Notes: a model not told the origin generated them from the sequence alone. 64,000 bases of DNA from Collinsella sp. (GCA_014871645.1 WGSN01000007.1:16378-80377); one strand, 5' to 3'. Shown: positions 49,000 through 59,773, counted from the stretch's first letter. Numbers and translations are program-made.

Positions 49000-49380
49000 C
49001 TATTCGTCGCTGCCCGGCTTGCGACGGTTGGCCTTTTTAATGGCGTTGAAGTGCTTGTCATTAAGCCTGCGCTGGCGAGAGCGCTGAGGCACCTTGGTCT
49101 TTACGCGTCGGCGCGGTGGACGCCCGCGACGCCCCAGCTCGGCGCGCAGCTTACGCAGGCAGCTGCTACGATTTTGGAACTGGCTGCGGCTCTCGCGCGC
49201 CGTCACGGTAATCCCCGAAGGGATATGTTTCATGCGCACCGCTGAATCCGTCGTGTTCACGCCCTGTCCACCCGGACCCGTCGCGCGAAACACCTGCACC
49301 TCGCAATCGCGCGCCAACTCTTCGGCCGACATCTCGGCATAGCGCGCATACTCGCGCCAGCCCATCTTGTTCTCATCCAT
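49000..49380 (-). CDS. arfB: Alternative ribosome rescue peptidyl-tRNA hydrolase (RF-1 domain)
   Basis: [14 protein letters not shown], basic C-terminal tail. Confidence 0.85.
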   Translation of the reverse strand: MDENKMGWREYARYAEMSAEELARDCEVQVFRATGPGGQGVNTTDSAVRMKHIPSGITVTARESRSQFQNRSSCLRKLRAELGRRGRPPRRRVKTKVPQRSRQRRLNDKHFNAIKKANRRKPGSDE

Positions 49381-49405
49381 ATCAACACCTCCCCTCATAC
49401 AAAAA

Positions 49406-49436
49406 ATGTGACAAAGGGACGGTCCCTTTGTCACAT
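49406..49436. repeat. Perfect 31-bp palindrome (REP-like, R3)
   Basis: ATGTGACAAAGGGAC-G-GTCCCTTTGTCACAT. Confidence 0.7.
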
Positions 49437-49463
49437 CGCATACCAATCGCTTGTGTTGCGCGC

Positions 49464-50042
49464 TTAGGCGAAGGTGATCTCGCCGGTCTCGCAGTCCATA
49501 TCGGCGATGCGGGCCAAGCTCTCGACGCGGAAGCCGCGCTCGCGGAGCTTATCGCCGCCGCCCTGGAAGCCCTTCTCCACTGCAATGCCAATACCGGACA
49601 CCTCGGCACCCGCAGCCTCGCAGATCTTGATGAGACCCTCGAGCGCGCAGCCGTTGGCCAGGAAGTCGTCGATAATCAGGACCTTGTCGCCCTCGGACAG
49701 GAAGCGCTTGCCGACGATGACCGGGTACTCCTTCTGCTTGGTAAAGGAGTAGATGGTCGTGGCATACTGCTCGCCGTCAAGGTTGATAGACTGCGCCTTC
49801 TTGGCAAAGACCACCGGCACGCCGCCAAAATGCTGAGCCGCGATGCAAGCCATGCCAATGCCCGAAGCCTCGATCGTCAGGATCTTGTTGATCTCGACAC
49901 CCTCGAACAGACGGGCCCACTCGGCACCCATGTGGTCGAACAGCTCAACGTCGCACTGGTGGTTGAGGAAGGCGTCAACCTTAAGGACGTTACCGGCCTT
50001 TACGATGCCGTCATGGCGAATACGATCCTCAAGCTCCTGCAT
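49464..50042 (-). CDS. xpt: Xanthine phosphoribosyltransferase
   Basis: [26 protein letters not shown] motifs. Confidence 0.95.
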   Translation of the reverse strand: MQELEDRIRHDGIVKAGNVLKVDAFLNHQCDVELFDHMGAEWARLFEGVEINKILTIEASGIGMACIAAQHFGGVPVVFAKKAQSINLDGEQYATTIYSFTKQKEYPVIVGKRFLSEGDKVLIIDDFLANGCALEGLIKICEAAGAEVSGIGIAVEKGFQGGGDKLRERGFRVESLARIADMDCETGEITFA

Positions 50043-50199
50043 GGCGCAACCCCTTCTCGCGGCAACGATACCGCGCGATTAATAAACGTTGTTCGATAGT
50101 CTACCACGGACCGACCCCCGCCCGCCCCACAAGCCGCATCGCACCACAAACCAGTCTTTTTGGGACGGCGCGAATCGTGGCAGACAGCCTCCCAACACG

Positions 50200-51504
50200 C
50201 TAATGGCGGGCGCGCATCCTCACCAAACGCACCATGGCAAGCGCAAAGCCCACAGCGGCCACAGCCATAAGTACGTAGAACACCGAGCGAAAGCCGAATA
50301 GGAATACATCCGGACGGCCTGCAACAAAACTGGTCACGGCCTCGCCCATCGCCACGCTCATCTGCCCATACAGGATATGCGACGCCGCCGTAATGCCGAG
50401 TGCCATGCCGGCGTAGCGCGCCAGGCTGCCCAGGCTGCCCGCAAAGCCGAGCGCTTCGCGCGGAGCTGAGCCCATATACAGCGAGTTGTTGGGGCTCTGG
50501 AAAATCGACGTACCGCACGACATAAACGCGGCACAGCACACAATCACAGGGATGGAAGAGTGCTCGTCGAGCGTACTTACCGCAAAGAGCCCGCACACGT
50601 ACACGCCCAGGCCGACCGCCGTGGGACCCTCGCAGCCAACACGGTCCGAAACCGCACCCGAAAGCGGGCCGATAAAGGCATTCACCATCGGCAGCGCCAA
50701 AAACAGCAATCCGGAAATGTCGGAACCAAAGCCGTGGGCGTCCTGAAAATAGAACGGCAGGATAAACTCGGATGCGCCAATACCAACGAACACGATGAGC
50801 ATGCAGGCAAGGTTGATGGTAAAGGCCGAATTTGCAAAGCAGCGACGAGTGGCCTCGGCAAGGGACATGGGACGGTCGCCGGCCTCCGGCTTAACATGCG
50901 GCAACGTGTAGAGCCCCACGATAAACGAGATGACGCCAATGGGCAGGTTGATGAGGAAGATGCTCTCCCAGGGAAAGCTTGCCACCAGCATGCCACCGAG
51001 CACGGGGCCACACATCATGCCGAGGGCCACGAAGGTCGCGAGAATACCCATGGCACGGCCTCGTTTGCGCGCCGGAAACGACTCGGTGATGATACCCATG
51101 TTGTTGGCCATGGCCGCCGCGCAACCGACACCCTGAACAATGCGTGCCAGGATAAGAACCTCGAGCGAGGACGAAAGGCCGCACAGCAGCGAACCGACCG
51201 AAAAGACGATGACGCCCAGCTGGAACACATTCACCTTGCCGCGCACGTCGCCCAGACGGCCAAACGGCAACATAGCCACGCATGTCGCAAGCAGATACAC
51301 CGAGCTTACCAGCTGAATGCGATCGAGGCCCACGCCCAGCTCCTTTTGCATCACGGGCAGCGCCACGGTCACGACGGTCGAATCCAGACACACCATAAAC
51401 GTCATGATGAGCACGGTAAACAGAATCGCCCACTTGTTCTTGCCATGGGTGTCGCCCTCTAGGGCAATGTGCTCGCGGCGCAGCTGCTCTGCAGTTTTCT
51501 CCAT
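50200..51504 (-). CDS. MFS efflux transporter (EmrB/QacA-like)
   Basis: LDSTVVTVALP, GRLGDVRG, WESIFLINLPIG, FQSPNN motifs. Confidence 0.88.
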   Translation of the reverse strand: MEKTAEQLRREHIALEGDTHGKNKWAILFTVLIMTFMVCLDSTVVTVALPVMQKELGVGLDRIQLVSSVYLLATCVAMLPFGRLGDVRGKVNVFQLGVIVFSVGSLLCGLSSSLEVLILARIVQGVGCAAAMANNMGIITESFPARKRGRAMGILATFVALGMMCGPVLGGMLVASFPWESIFLINLPIGVISFIVGLYTLPHVKPEAGDRPMSLAEATRRCFANSAFTINLACMLIVFVGIGASEFILPFYFQDAHGFGSDISGLLFLALPMVNAFIGPLSGAVSDRVGCEGPTAVGLGVYVCGLFAVSTLDEHSSIPVIVCCAAFMSCGTSIFQSPNNSLYMGSAPREALGFAGSLGSLARYAGMALGITAASHILYGQMSVAMGEAVTSFVAGRPDVFLFGFRSVFYVLMAVAAVGFALAMVRLVRMRARH

Positions 51505-51647
51505 ATCCATCCTTTCGAGTGGCCCAACGCAAAAAAACGGGGCCCCAATCGCATGCAAACAGCCGCAATTGGGGTCCCGCCTACGGAATCGGAACTAAAG
51601 GTCGCCGAAGCTTTCTGCCAGCATCGGCGCCTCGCACGAACGCTAGC

Positions 51648-52931
51648 CTAGCACTGCTCGAGCGCCTGCTCAAGGTCGGCAATCAGATCGGCCGTATCCT
51701 CGAGGCCGCACGACAGGCGCACCATGTCGGCGGAGATACCGCAGGCGATGAGCTCCTCATCGTTCATCTGGCGGTGCGTAGCGTTAGCGGGATGCAGGCA
51801 GCAGGTGCGGGCGTCGGCCACATGCGTGGCGATCTGGGCGAGCTTGAGGCTCTTCATAAAGGTCTCGGCCGCCGCGCGACCACCATTAAAGCCAAAGCTC
51901 ACAACGCCGCAGGTACCGTTTGGCATGTACTTCTGAGCGAGGTCATAGTACTTGTCGCCCTCCAGGCCCGGATAGCTCACGAAGCGCACCTTGGGATGGC
52001 TCTGCAGGAACTTGGCAACGGCCAGGCCGTTCTCGCAATGACGCGGCATGCGCACATGCAGGCTCTCGAGCGAGCTGTTCAAGAAGAACGCCGCCTGCGG
52101 GTTCTGCATGGGGCCAAGATCGCGCATGAGCTGCGCGGTGGCCTTGGTAATGAAGGCGCCCTCGCGACCGAACTTCTCGGCATAGGTCACGCCATGGTAG
52201 CTCTCGTCAGGCGTGGTGAGACCCGGGAACTTGTCCGCATGGGCCATCCAGTCAAACTGGCCGTGGTCGACGATCACGCCGCCCAGGTAGGCAGCATGTC
52301 CATCCATGTACTTGGTGGTGGAGTGCGTAACGATGTCGGCGCCCCACTCAAAGGGACGGCACATCACGGGCGTCGGGAAGGTGTTGTCGACCATCAGCGG
52401 CACGCCGTGGTCATGTGCGGCCTTGGCAAAGCGCTCAATATCGAGCACGGCAAGGGCGGGATTTGCGATCGTCTCGCCAAAGACGAGCTTTGTGTTGGGC
52501 TCAAAGGCTGCCTCGAGCTCCTCATCGGTGCAGTCGGGGGCGACGAACGTGCAGGTCAGACCCATGCGCTCCATAGTATGGGCGAGCAGGTTATACGTAC
52601 CGCCGTAAATGGCAGAGCTAGCGACCACATGATCGCCGGCACCGGCCACGTTAAAGATCGCGAGGAAGTTCGCAGCCATGCCCGAGCTCGTGAGCATCGC
52701 GGCGGTGCCTCCCTCCATCTCGCAGATCTTGGCGGCAACCAGATCGCACGTGGGGTTCTGCAGGCGGCTGTAGAAGTAGCCCGACTCCTCCAGGTCAAAC
52801 AGCTTGCCCATATGCTCCGACGTGTCGTACTTCCACGTGGTGGACTGGTAGATGGGCACCTGGCGCGGCTCGGCATCTCCCGGGTGATAGCCGCCTTGAA
52901 CACATGTAGTACCGATGGTCTGCTCGCTCAT
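51648..52931 (-). CDS. metY: O-acetylhomoserine sulfhydrylase / cysteine synthase
   Basis: PIYQST, YSRLQNPT, HSTTKYMDGH (PLP Lys) motifs. Confidence 0.92.
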   Translation of the reverse strand: MSEQTIGTTCVQGGYHPGDAEPRQVPIYQSTTWKYDTSEHMGKLFDLEESGYFYSRLQNPTCDLVAAKICEMEGGTAAMLTSSGMAANFLAIFNVAGAGDHVVASSAIYGGTYNLLAHTMERMGLTCTFVAPDCTDEELEAAFEPNTKLVFGETIANPALAVLDIERFAKAAHDHGVPLMVDNTFPTPVMCRPFEWGADIVTHSTTKYMDGHAAYLGGVIVDHGQFDWMAHADKFPGLTTPDESYHGVTYAEKFGREGAFITKATAQLMRDLGPMQNPQAAFFLNSSLESLHVRMPRHCENGLAVAKFLQSHPKVRFVSYPGLEGDKYYDLAQKYMPNGTCGVVSFGFNGGRAAAETFMKSLKLAQIATHVADARTCCLHPANATHRQMNDEELIACGISADMVRLSCGLEDTADLIADLEQALEQC

Positions 52932-53161
52932 ATCTAGCTCCCTTGCCTGGGTTACGTTTCATTTGGTTCACGATACCGCTACCCTGCACCCCTCTCAACC
53001 CATCCCCAAGGTAGGTTATGGGACTAATTGATCAAGGGTATTTATCTCAAGCCTTGGGCATTTGCTCGATAGATAAAAACGAGGCATACATGAAGCTCTC
53101 GATGATTACATGCCCCGTCACGGGTACCATAGGCGAGTACACCGTGACCAAGGAGACAACG

Positions 53162-53608
53162 ATGAAGCAAATCGATACTGCTCAGCTCGACACCGCCGCC
53201 TGCCAAGCTCAGGCTGCCGAATACCACGCCCAAGGCTTCAACTGCGCACAGGCCGTCGCCTGCACGCTCGCACCTGCCGTCGGGCTCGACCCCCAGACCG
53301 CCTTTACCCTCACCGAGGGATTTGGCGCCGGCATGGGCGGCATGACCGAAACCTGCGGCGCCATCTCGGGCGCCGTGGCCATCATGGGCTTTGTAATGAG
53401 CGACGGCATGGAAAACCCCAAGACCAAGGGCCAGACCTACAAGCTGTCGCGCGAAATCGCCAAGCGTTTTAAAACGAAGAACACGACGACCGTCTGCGGC
53501 ACGCTCAAGGGCGTCGGATCGGACGAGGGTCCGCTCCGTAGCTGCCCCGGCTGCATCGACGATGCCGTCGAAATCGCCTGCGATATGCTAAAGCAGCTCG
53601 CCGAGTAA
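53162..53608 (+). CDS. C-GCAxxG-C-C family redox protein (Cys form)
   Basis: FNCAQA, TCGAISG, VC, C pattern; AGGAG RBS. Confidence 0.85.
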   Translation: MKQIDTAQLDTAACQAQAAEYHAQGFNCAQAVACTLAPAVGLDPQTAFTLTEGFGAGMGGMTETCGAISGAVAIMGFVMSDGMENPKTKGQTYKLSREIAKRFKTKNTTTVCGTLKGVGSDEGPLRSCPGCIDDAVEIACDMLKQLAE

Positions 53609-53675
53609 ATGGCAGCAACAGAAAACGACGGCCGGCGCGCTTGGGATCCATCCAAAAGCACGCCGGCCGTCGCCG

Positions 53676-54314
53676 TTAGAACTCAGCAAATTCGGGAGCG
53701 CCGACCTCGATCTCCTCGCGCCCCGCCATAAGCTCGCGCATCTTGGCGCAAAACAGCTCCTGCTCCCCAGCCTTAAACACCAAGTGAAGTGTCACGGCAT
53801 CCGCGTAATCGGTATCCGAAACCTTGGCACCCGAATCCTGCGCCAAACGAAGCACCTGCTCATACTGTGGATAGGCCACATGCACGTCAACCGGCACGAC
53901 ACTCGTCATCTCAACGATCTGCCCAGTCTCCTGAGCCGCGGCCACCGCCGCCTGTGTCGCCGCCGTATAGGCTCGTACCAGACCACCGGGCCCCAACAAC
54001 GTGCCGCCAAAATAACGCGTCACAACACAGCATACGTTTTTAAGTCCCGCACCACGCAGCACCTCGAGCGTCGGCATACCACTCGTGCGGCTCGGCTCAC
54101 CATCATCGCTCTGGCGCTCGCGTCCATCGACCAAAATCCACGCGGGAACATTGTGTCGAGCGTCGTAATGACGCTTGCGAACCATCTCGATAAAGGTGTT
54201 TGCCTCGTCCTCGGACTCAATATGGACCAGCTGGGCAATAAACCGGCTCTTGCGGTCCACAAACTCGCCCGAAACCTCAATATTCGATTGCAGAGTAAAA
54301 TAGCTGTCCAACAA
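53676..54314 (-). CDS. yigZ: YigZ/IMPACT family protein
   Basis: KSRFIA, DDGEP, VTRYFGGTLLG.GGLVRAY motifs. Confidence 0.92.
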   Translation of the reverse strand: MLDSYFTLQSNIEVSGEFVDRKSRFIAQLVHIESEDEANTFIEMVRKRHYDARHNVPAWILVDGRERQSDDGEPSRTSGMPTLEVLRGAGLKNVCCVVTRYFGGTLLGPGGLVRAYTAATQAAVAAAQETGQIVEMTSVVPVDVHVAYPQYEQVLRLAQDSGAKVSDTDYADAVTLHLVFKAGEQELFCAKMRELMAGREEIEVGAPEFAEF

Positions 54315-54470
54315 AGCCCCTCAACAACAAGCAAAGCAACAAACAGCCTCAATAATACGGCAAAGACCGTACCGATAACCCCAGTAAATAGAACGGCAAC
54401 GCCAATGACCAGGCAAAAACAGTGAGACGTCAAGGATGACGGCGCCGATGAATCCGTCAACGAAAGCGAG

Positions 54471-54567
54471 AACCCGTCAGCGCGAGCAAGGTGCCTTGAA
54501 AGACGAGGGCATTGACCTTATGGTCATGCCCGAAGGCTTGAAAGGCAGATTGCCGCGCTGACGGGTT
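54471..54567 (+). repeat. R2 structured hairpin repeat copy c
   Basis: TGCCTT-GAAAGACGAG...CGAAGGCTTGA-AAGGCA within a long stem. Confidence 0.8.
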
Positions 54568-54585
54568 CGCAGCGTCAACAAGAAA

Positions 54586-54947
54586 GCTGAGTGGGCTTGT
54601 AAGCCGGGTTCTGTCGTGAACGGTCATTTATCTTGTCTGCACGTTACCGTGCAGCTCCACGCACGCTACCCGAACGCGGACCGGGCCGGCCCATAGCGTT
54701 CCTATTCGCGCTTGCTCCGGATGGGGCTTGCCAAGCCGCCGTGTTGCCACGACGCTGGTGGTCTCTTACACCACCGTTTCAGCTTTTCCCTTTACGCCTT
54801 GCGGCGCAGGTGGGAGTCTTCTTTTCTGCGGCGCTTTCCGTCGGATCACTCCGCCCGGCCGTTAGCCGGCATCCCGCCCTCTGGAGCCCGGACTTTCCTC
54901 ACGCGTACTGCAAGCAGCACATCGCGCGACCGTCTGGCCCACTCAGC
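54586..54947 (-). ncRNA. rnpB: RNase P RNA (type A)
   Basis: GAGGAAAGTCCGGGC and ACAGAACCCGGCTTA conserved boxes; GCTGAGTGGGC/GCCCACTCAGC P1. Confidence 0.96.
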
Positions 54948-55226
54948 AGTCCAAGAGTGTAGCACACCGTTGCCGCAGGCAACGGCACAACACAAGCGCT
55001 CGCACGATAAACCAAGAACCGCCATGCGCTACAATGGTCCTGTCGATGGGCAACGTCGTCAGTCGAGACGCGACCGCGCTCCGCACCCCTCCGTCTACTC
55101 GGTGCGTTCCCGCCTCCTCCCCGAGGCGGGATGTCGGCATTTTTCATGCACCGACAACCCAATAGCAAACAGACAACCCGGGCAGCATTGCGCACGGGTA
55201 GCATCGCGCGCCTCAGCAGCAAATGC

Positions 55227-55260
55227 AAAAAGGGACCCGTCCATTGCGGACGGATCCCTT
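55227..55260 (-). terminator. Terminator of rpsA
   Basis: Hairpin with U tract on the minus strand. Confidence 0.7.
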
Positions 55261-55284
55261 AAAACAGGTGATCGTCAAACCGAT

Positions 55285-56451
55285 TTACTCGGCGTCGGTC
55301 TCCTCGTCCTTCTTCTCGGAAGGAAGCGGGGTAACCTCGATCTCGACGCCCAGAGTCTCAGCAGCAGACTTCATGGACAGGGAGATGCGACGACGGTCGA
55401 GGTCGATCTCCATGACCTTGACCTGAACCTTGTCGCCCACGTGGGTGACCTGAGAAGGCTGGTCGACGTGCTTGTTGGCCATCTCGGAGATGTGCACCAG
55501 GCCCTCGATGCCCTCGCCCAGGTCGACGAAAGCGCCGAACGGGACAAGCTTGGTCACAGTGCCCTCGACGATAGCGCCGACGGGGTACTTCTTGACCAGT
55601 GCGCGCCACGGATCCTCGGTGGTCTGCTTGAGACCCAGGGAGATGCGCTCGCGGTTGAGGTCGACGTCGAGAACCTCGACCTCGACCTCCTGGCCGACCT
55701 TGACAACCTCGGAAGGATGGTTGACGTGGTTCCAGGAGAGCTCGGAGATGTGGATGAGGCCGTCGATACCGCCGAGGTCGACGAAGGCGCCGAAGTCGAC
55801 GATGGAGGAAACGGTGCCCTGGAGACGCATGCCAGACTTGAGCTTGGACAGGATCTCGGAGCGCTCGGCCTTACGGGACTCCTCGAGCACGACGCGACGG
55901 GAGAGGACGACGTTGTTGCGGTTGCGGTCCATCTCGATGACGCGGGCCTCGATGCGGGTGCCCATGTAGGAGGTGAGGTCCTTGACGCGACGGAGGTCGA
56001 CGAGGGAAGCAGGCAGGAAGCCACGCAGGCCGATGTCGAGGATCAGGCCGCCCTTGACAACCTCAATAACCTCGCCTTCGACGTTCTCGCCGGAGTTGAA
56101 CTTCTCCTCGATGCGGTTCCAAGCACGCTCGTACTCGGCACGCTTCTTGGACAGAACCAGACGACCGTCCTTGTCCTCCTTCTGGAGAACCAGAGCCTCG
56201 ATGGGATCACCGAGTGCAACGATGTCTGCAGGGTTAGCGTCCTTGCGGATGGACAGCTCGCGGACCGGGATAACGCCCTCGGACTTGAATCCGATGTCAA
56301 CGAGCACCTCGTCATGCTCGATCTTAACGACAGTGCCGTTAACGAGATCGCCCTCATCAAAGTCGGTAATCGTACCGTCGATGAGGTTGTTCATCTCCTC
56401 CTCGTTGACATCGTCAAGAGAGAAAATGGACGAGTTCTGAATCTCACTCAA
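55285..56451 (-). CDS. rpsA: 30S ribosomal protein S1
   Basis: Four S1 repeats (FGAFVDLG..DGLIHISELS); TTG start. Confidence 0.97.
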   Translation of the reverse strand: MSEIQNSSIFSLDDVNEEEMNNLIDGTITDFDEGDLVNGTVVKIEHDEVLVDIGFKSEGVIPVRELSIRKDANPADIVALGDPIEALVLQKEDKDGRLVLSKKRAEYERAWNRIEEKFNSGENVEGEVIEVVKGGLILDIGLRGFLPASLVDLRRVKDLTSYMGTRIEARVIEMDRNRNNVVLSRRVVLEESRKAERSEILSKLKSGMRLQGTVSSIVDFGAFVDLGGIDGLIHISELSWNHVNHPSEVVKVGQEVEVEVLDVDLNRERISLGLKQTTEDPWRALVKKYPVGAIVEGTVTKLVPFGAFVDLGEGIEGLVHISEMANKHVDQPSQVTHVGDKVQVKVMEIDLDRRRISLSMKSAAETLGVEIEVTPLPSEKKDEETDAE

Positions 56452-56766
56452 AGGTGGACCCCTTTCGAACTACGGGGCCCCGATTGCTAGGACCTACAGA
56501 AGGGTGCGACAAGCACACAACGTTTAGGAACACTCGGGAGCCGACAGATACTAATGTGACGCTTATGCAATCACGTTCGTATAGGTTACGGGGAAATCAT
56601 TTCGATTTCAAGCGTGAACTGCGATTTTTTACTCGTATGGAGACTTTTTCGCAATCTTGTGGACGACCGTCTCCATAAGTTGACGATAGACAGTTAGGCA
56701 TACAGCTTTGGGGTAAAGTATCCGGAGCCAACGATTCTGGAACGATTTTTCGAGAAAGGTGCCCGC

Positions 56767-57525
56767 GTGCTCAAAGCAGTCGTTTTCGATATGGACGAGA
56801 CGCTTCTCAGCATCAACCTCAACGCGTTCATCCTTCGCTATTTTAAGGATGTCTCGTCGATGCTCGCGGATATCGGTCGTCGCAGCCGCGGTGGCACGAT
56901 GGCGCGCCTCGGCACCATCCTGGTCGACCTCAACGCCAACCGCCGCAGCGGCACGGACAACCGCACCAATCTTGAGTTTTACCGCGCCGAGGTCGAGCGC
57001 AGATGTGGCATCTGCCTCTCCGATCCCCTCATCTACGAGGCGTTTACCTACTACGACCGCGAAGTTCTTCCGTACAAGAACGACGATGTCATTAACGCCC
57101 ACGCCATGCCGGGCGCACACGCCGCGCTTCAGGCCGTACAGGACGCAGGGCTGCGCTGCGCGCTCTTTACCAACCCCAGCTTTCCGCAGGGGGCCATCGA
57201 GTGCCGCATGGGCTGGGGCGACCTGGCCGACGCCCCCTTTGAGCTCGTCACGCACATGGGAAACACCACCCGCTGCAAGCCCGATGCCACCTATTATCTT
57301 GAACAGCTTCAGGTGATGGGGCTCGAGCCGCACGAGGTCCTTATGGTGGGCAACGATCCCAAGCGCGACTTCCCGTCCCCCGATTGCGGCATCCAAACCG
57401 CCTTTGTGGGCCAGGGCAAGCCCAGCCGAGCCACCTGGCGCGGAACCATGGAAGACTTCGCCCGCGACTTTAACGCCGTAATCGAGGCCTTCTACGAGCA
57501 CCAAGTAGCCCACGAACTGTCGTAG
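56767..57525 (+). CDS. HAD family hydrolase
   Basis: FDMDETL, TNP, KPD, MVGND motifs. Confidence 0.9.
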   Translation: MLKAVVFDMDETLLSINLNAFILRYFKDVSSMLADIGRRSRGGTMARLGTILVDLNANRRSGTDNRTNLEFYRAEVERRCGICLSDPLIYEAFTYYDREVLPYKNDDVINAHAMPGAHAALQAVQDAGLRCALFTNPSFPQGAIECRMGWGDLADAPFELVTHMGNTTRCKPDATYYLEQLQVMGLEPHEVLMVGNDPKRDFPSPDCGIQTAFVGQGKPSRATWRGTMEDFARDFNAVIEAFYEHQVAHELS

Positions 57526-57577
57526 GACCCCTCGCTCCAAACCAAATATCGCCGCAGGTTGAGCACAAGTCAGCGAA

Positions 57578-57673
57578 AATGCCCCTAAGCGAGCAATGTG
57601 CCTTGAAAGAGGAGGGCATAGGCCTTCTGGCCATGCCCGACGATTGAAAGGCAGATTGCCGCTTAGGGGCGTT
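57578..57673 (+). repeat. R2 structured hairpin repeat copy d
   Basis: Same core as copy c with a different but complementary outer stem. Confidence 0.8.
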
Positions 57674-57714
57674 TGCAGCGTCGACTGGTTACGCGGTTTG
57701 GTAAAACCGCGTAA

Positions 57715-59034
57715 CTAGCACACCTGGGTTTTACCGATCATGATGTTGAGGATCTCGATGTCGGTGTCCTTCATGCCCACGCGGCCCACGTAGCCCATGC
57801 TGGCAATCGTCTGCTCGACGGTATCCTGAATGAGACCCTCGCCGGCGCGGAAGCCGCGGCCCTGCATGGCCATATCGTGGCCCAGAATCGCAGCATCAAC
57901 GGCAGCGGAAATCTTAGCCGCGCAACTCGCCTTGGCGCCATCGCACACGATGCCGCCAACGTTGCCGAGCGTGTTCGAGACTGTCGCGCCGATCTGCTCG
58001 CGCGTGCCGCCACACAGCCAGGTAATCGCGGCGCCGGCGCCGCACGCGGCGCAAATAGCACCGCAAAACGCCGAGAGCGCACCAATATAGCTCTTGATAT
58101 GTACGGCGATAAGATCGGACAGCATCACGGCGCGCACCAGGCGCTCGTGGTCGCAACGCAGGTACTCGGCATACTCCATGACGGGCAATGCGCAGGTAAT
58201 GCCCTGATTGCCCGAGCCGCACACAATGGCGACCGGCAGCGCGCAGCCGTTCATGCGGGCGTCGGACCCGGCGGCCGCACGGGCACGGGCACGGCAGGCA
58301 ACGTCATCGGCACGAGCACCCAGCAGCGTACGGCCCACCTCGGCGCCCCAAGCGTGCGCGAGGCCCTCAGCACTGATCGCGCCATTCAGCTCAATCTGAC
58401 GCTCAACGGCAGCGCGGGCGTCCTCAATGTCACCGTCCTCGATAAAGTCGATGATGGTCTCGATCGACATGGGCGTGTCGGCGTTATCTGCCGCCCGCTC
58501 GGCCACGACGCGCTCGGCGCAGGCGGCACACTCCCCCGCCGACTTGCCGCACACCGGAATACCGTCGAGCGTATGGCACGTGACATTGGTGTGGTGATCG
58601 GTAATCTCGACGACCGCGGTATGGCCCCCGGCCGTCGCAGTCACCTTGATGTAGAGGTTGGGCACACCCTCGACAAGCGACACATCGCAGTAGTCCGCAT
58701 CGGCAAGCAGCTCGGCCACGCGGGCGCGGTCCGCGTCATCGACGCTCTCGAGCACCTCGAGCGCGCTCTTGGCGTCGCCGCCCACGGCACCCAGCACGGC
58801 CGCGGCTTCAATACCATGCATTCCGCCCGAGTTGGGCACGGTCACGCTCTTGACGTTCTTGATGATGTTGCCCGAGCAGGCAACATCCATATGATCGGGC
58901 TCGCAACCGAGCGTCTGGCTCGCCAGCGCCGCTGCATAGGCAACGGCAATGGGCTCGGTGCAGCCGAGTGCACAGACAAGTTCGCGGTTCAAAACATCGC
59001 AAAACGCGGCATCACGGATGGAATCGGTAGGCAT
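57715..59034 (-). CDS. Serine dehydratase alpha-like / L-cysteine desulfidase (CdsB/YhaM family)
   Basis: ALGCTEPIA, SDARMNG, GSGNQG, CDGAKASCAAK motifs. Confidence 0.88.
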   Translation of the reverse strand: MPTDSIRDAAFCDVLNRELVCALGCTEPIAVAYAAALASQTLGCEPDHMDVACSGNIIKNVKSVTVPNSGGMHGIEAAAVLGAVGGDAKSALEVLESVDDADRARVAELLADADYCDVSLVEGVPNLYIKVTATAGGHTAVVEITDHHTNVTCHTLDGIPVCGKSAGECAACAERVVAERAADNADTPMSIETIIDFIEDGDIEDARAAVERQIELNGAISAEGLAHAWGAEVGRTLLGARADDVACRARARAAAGSDARMNGCALPVAIVCGSGNQGITCALPVMEYAEYLRCDHERLVRAVMLSDLIAVHIKSYIGALSAFCGAICAACGAGAAITWLCGGTREQIGATVSNTLGNVGGIVCDGAKASCAAKISAAVDAAILGHDMAMQGRGFRAGEGLIQDTVEQTIASMGYVGRVGMKDTDIEILNIMIGKTQVC

Positions 59035-59305
59035 AGGTATCTCCTGCTTGCATAACGGGCTGGGCTCTCAAAAAAGTTACCTCCTTTATTTGATAACAAT
59101 GCATCAAAAACCGCAACCATGGTTCCGGCAGACGGCGCTCAAGCGCAAACTGACGACATTCATTCACGAGAAGCCAGTCTTGTTGCCTGCTAAAGCGTTT
59201 GACCAAAAAACGCTCGAGCGTTTACGCAAAAGTCGCGCTATCATGCAGTCGAACGCGGTAAACACCTTTAGCATTTGCGCCGCACAGACCAGAGAGGAAC
59301 CATCC

Positions 59306-59773
59306 ATGAAGATCGGTATCGGTAACGACCACGCCGCCGTCGAGCTCAAGAACATCATTTCCGAGCACCTGAAGGAGCGCGGCTGCGAGGTCGTGAACTT
59401 TGGCACCGACACCTCCGAGAGCTTTGACTACCCCATCGCCGGCTACAAGGTGGGTAAGGCCGTTGCCAACGGCGACGTCGACCTGGGCATCCTCATCTGT
59501 GGCACCGGTGTCGGGATCAGCCTGGCTGCCAACAAGGTCGAGGGCGTACGCGCCGTCGTGTGCTCCGAGCCCTTCAGCGCCAAGCTCTCCCGCATGCACA
59601 ACAATACCAACGTGCTCGCCTTTGGCGCCCGCGTCGTGGGCTCCGAGCTCGCCAAGATGATTGTCGACGAGTGGCTCGACGCCGAGTTTGAGGGCGGTCG
59701 TCACGAGCGTCGCGTTAACCTCCTCAACGAGATCGATCACACGCGCGGCCTCAAGGTCGTCGACGAGGCCTAA
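59306..59773 (+). CDS. rpiB: Ribose-5-phosphate isomerase B
   Basis: NDHAA, CGTGVG, HNNTN, FEGGRH motifs. Confidence 0.95.
   Translation: MKIGIGNDHAAVELKNIISEHLKERGCEVVNFGTDTSESFDYPIAGYKVGKAVANGDVDLGILICGTGVGISLAANKVEGVRAVVCSEPFSAKLSRMHNNTNVLAFGARVVGSELAKMIVDEWLDAEFEGGRHERRVNLLNEIDHTRGLKVVDEA

Noticed and set aside
50043..50110. Purine riboswitch upstream of xpt
   Set aside because: No aptamer consensus visible
53162..53608. C-GCAxxG-C-C protein as a selenoprotein
   Set aside because: All motif positions are Cys codons and the stop is TAA
54020..54460. Hydrophobic small ORF upstream of yigZ
   Set aside because: Overlaps yigZ out of frame, low complexity, no RBS support
3865..57673. R1/R2 repeats as CRISPR arrays
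   Set aside because: Dispersed single copies with no repeat-spacer periodicity and no cas genes
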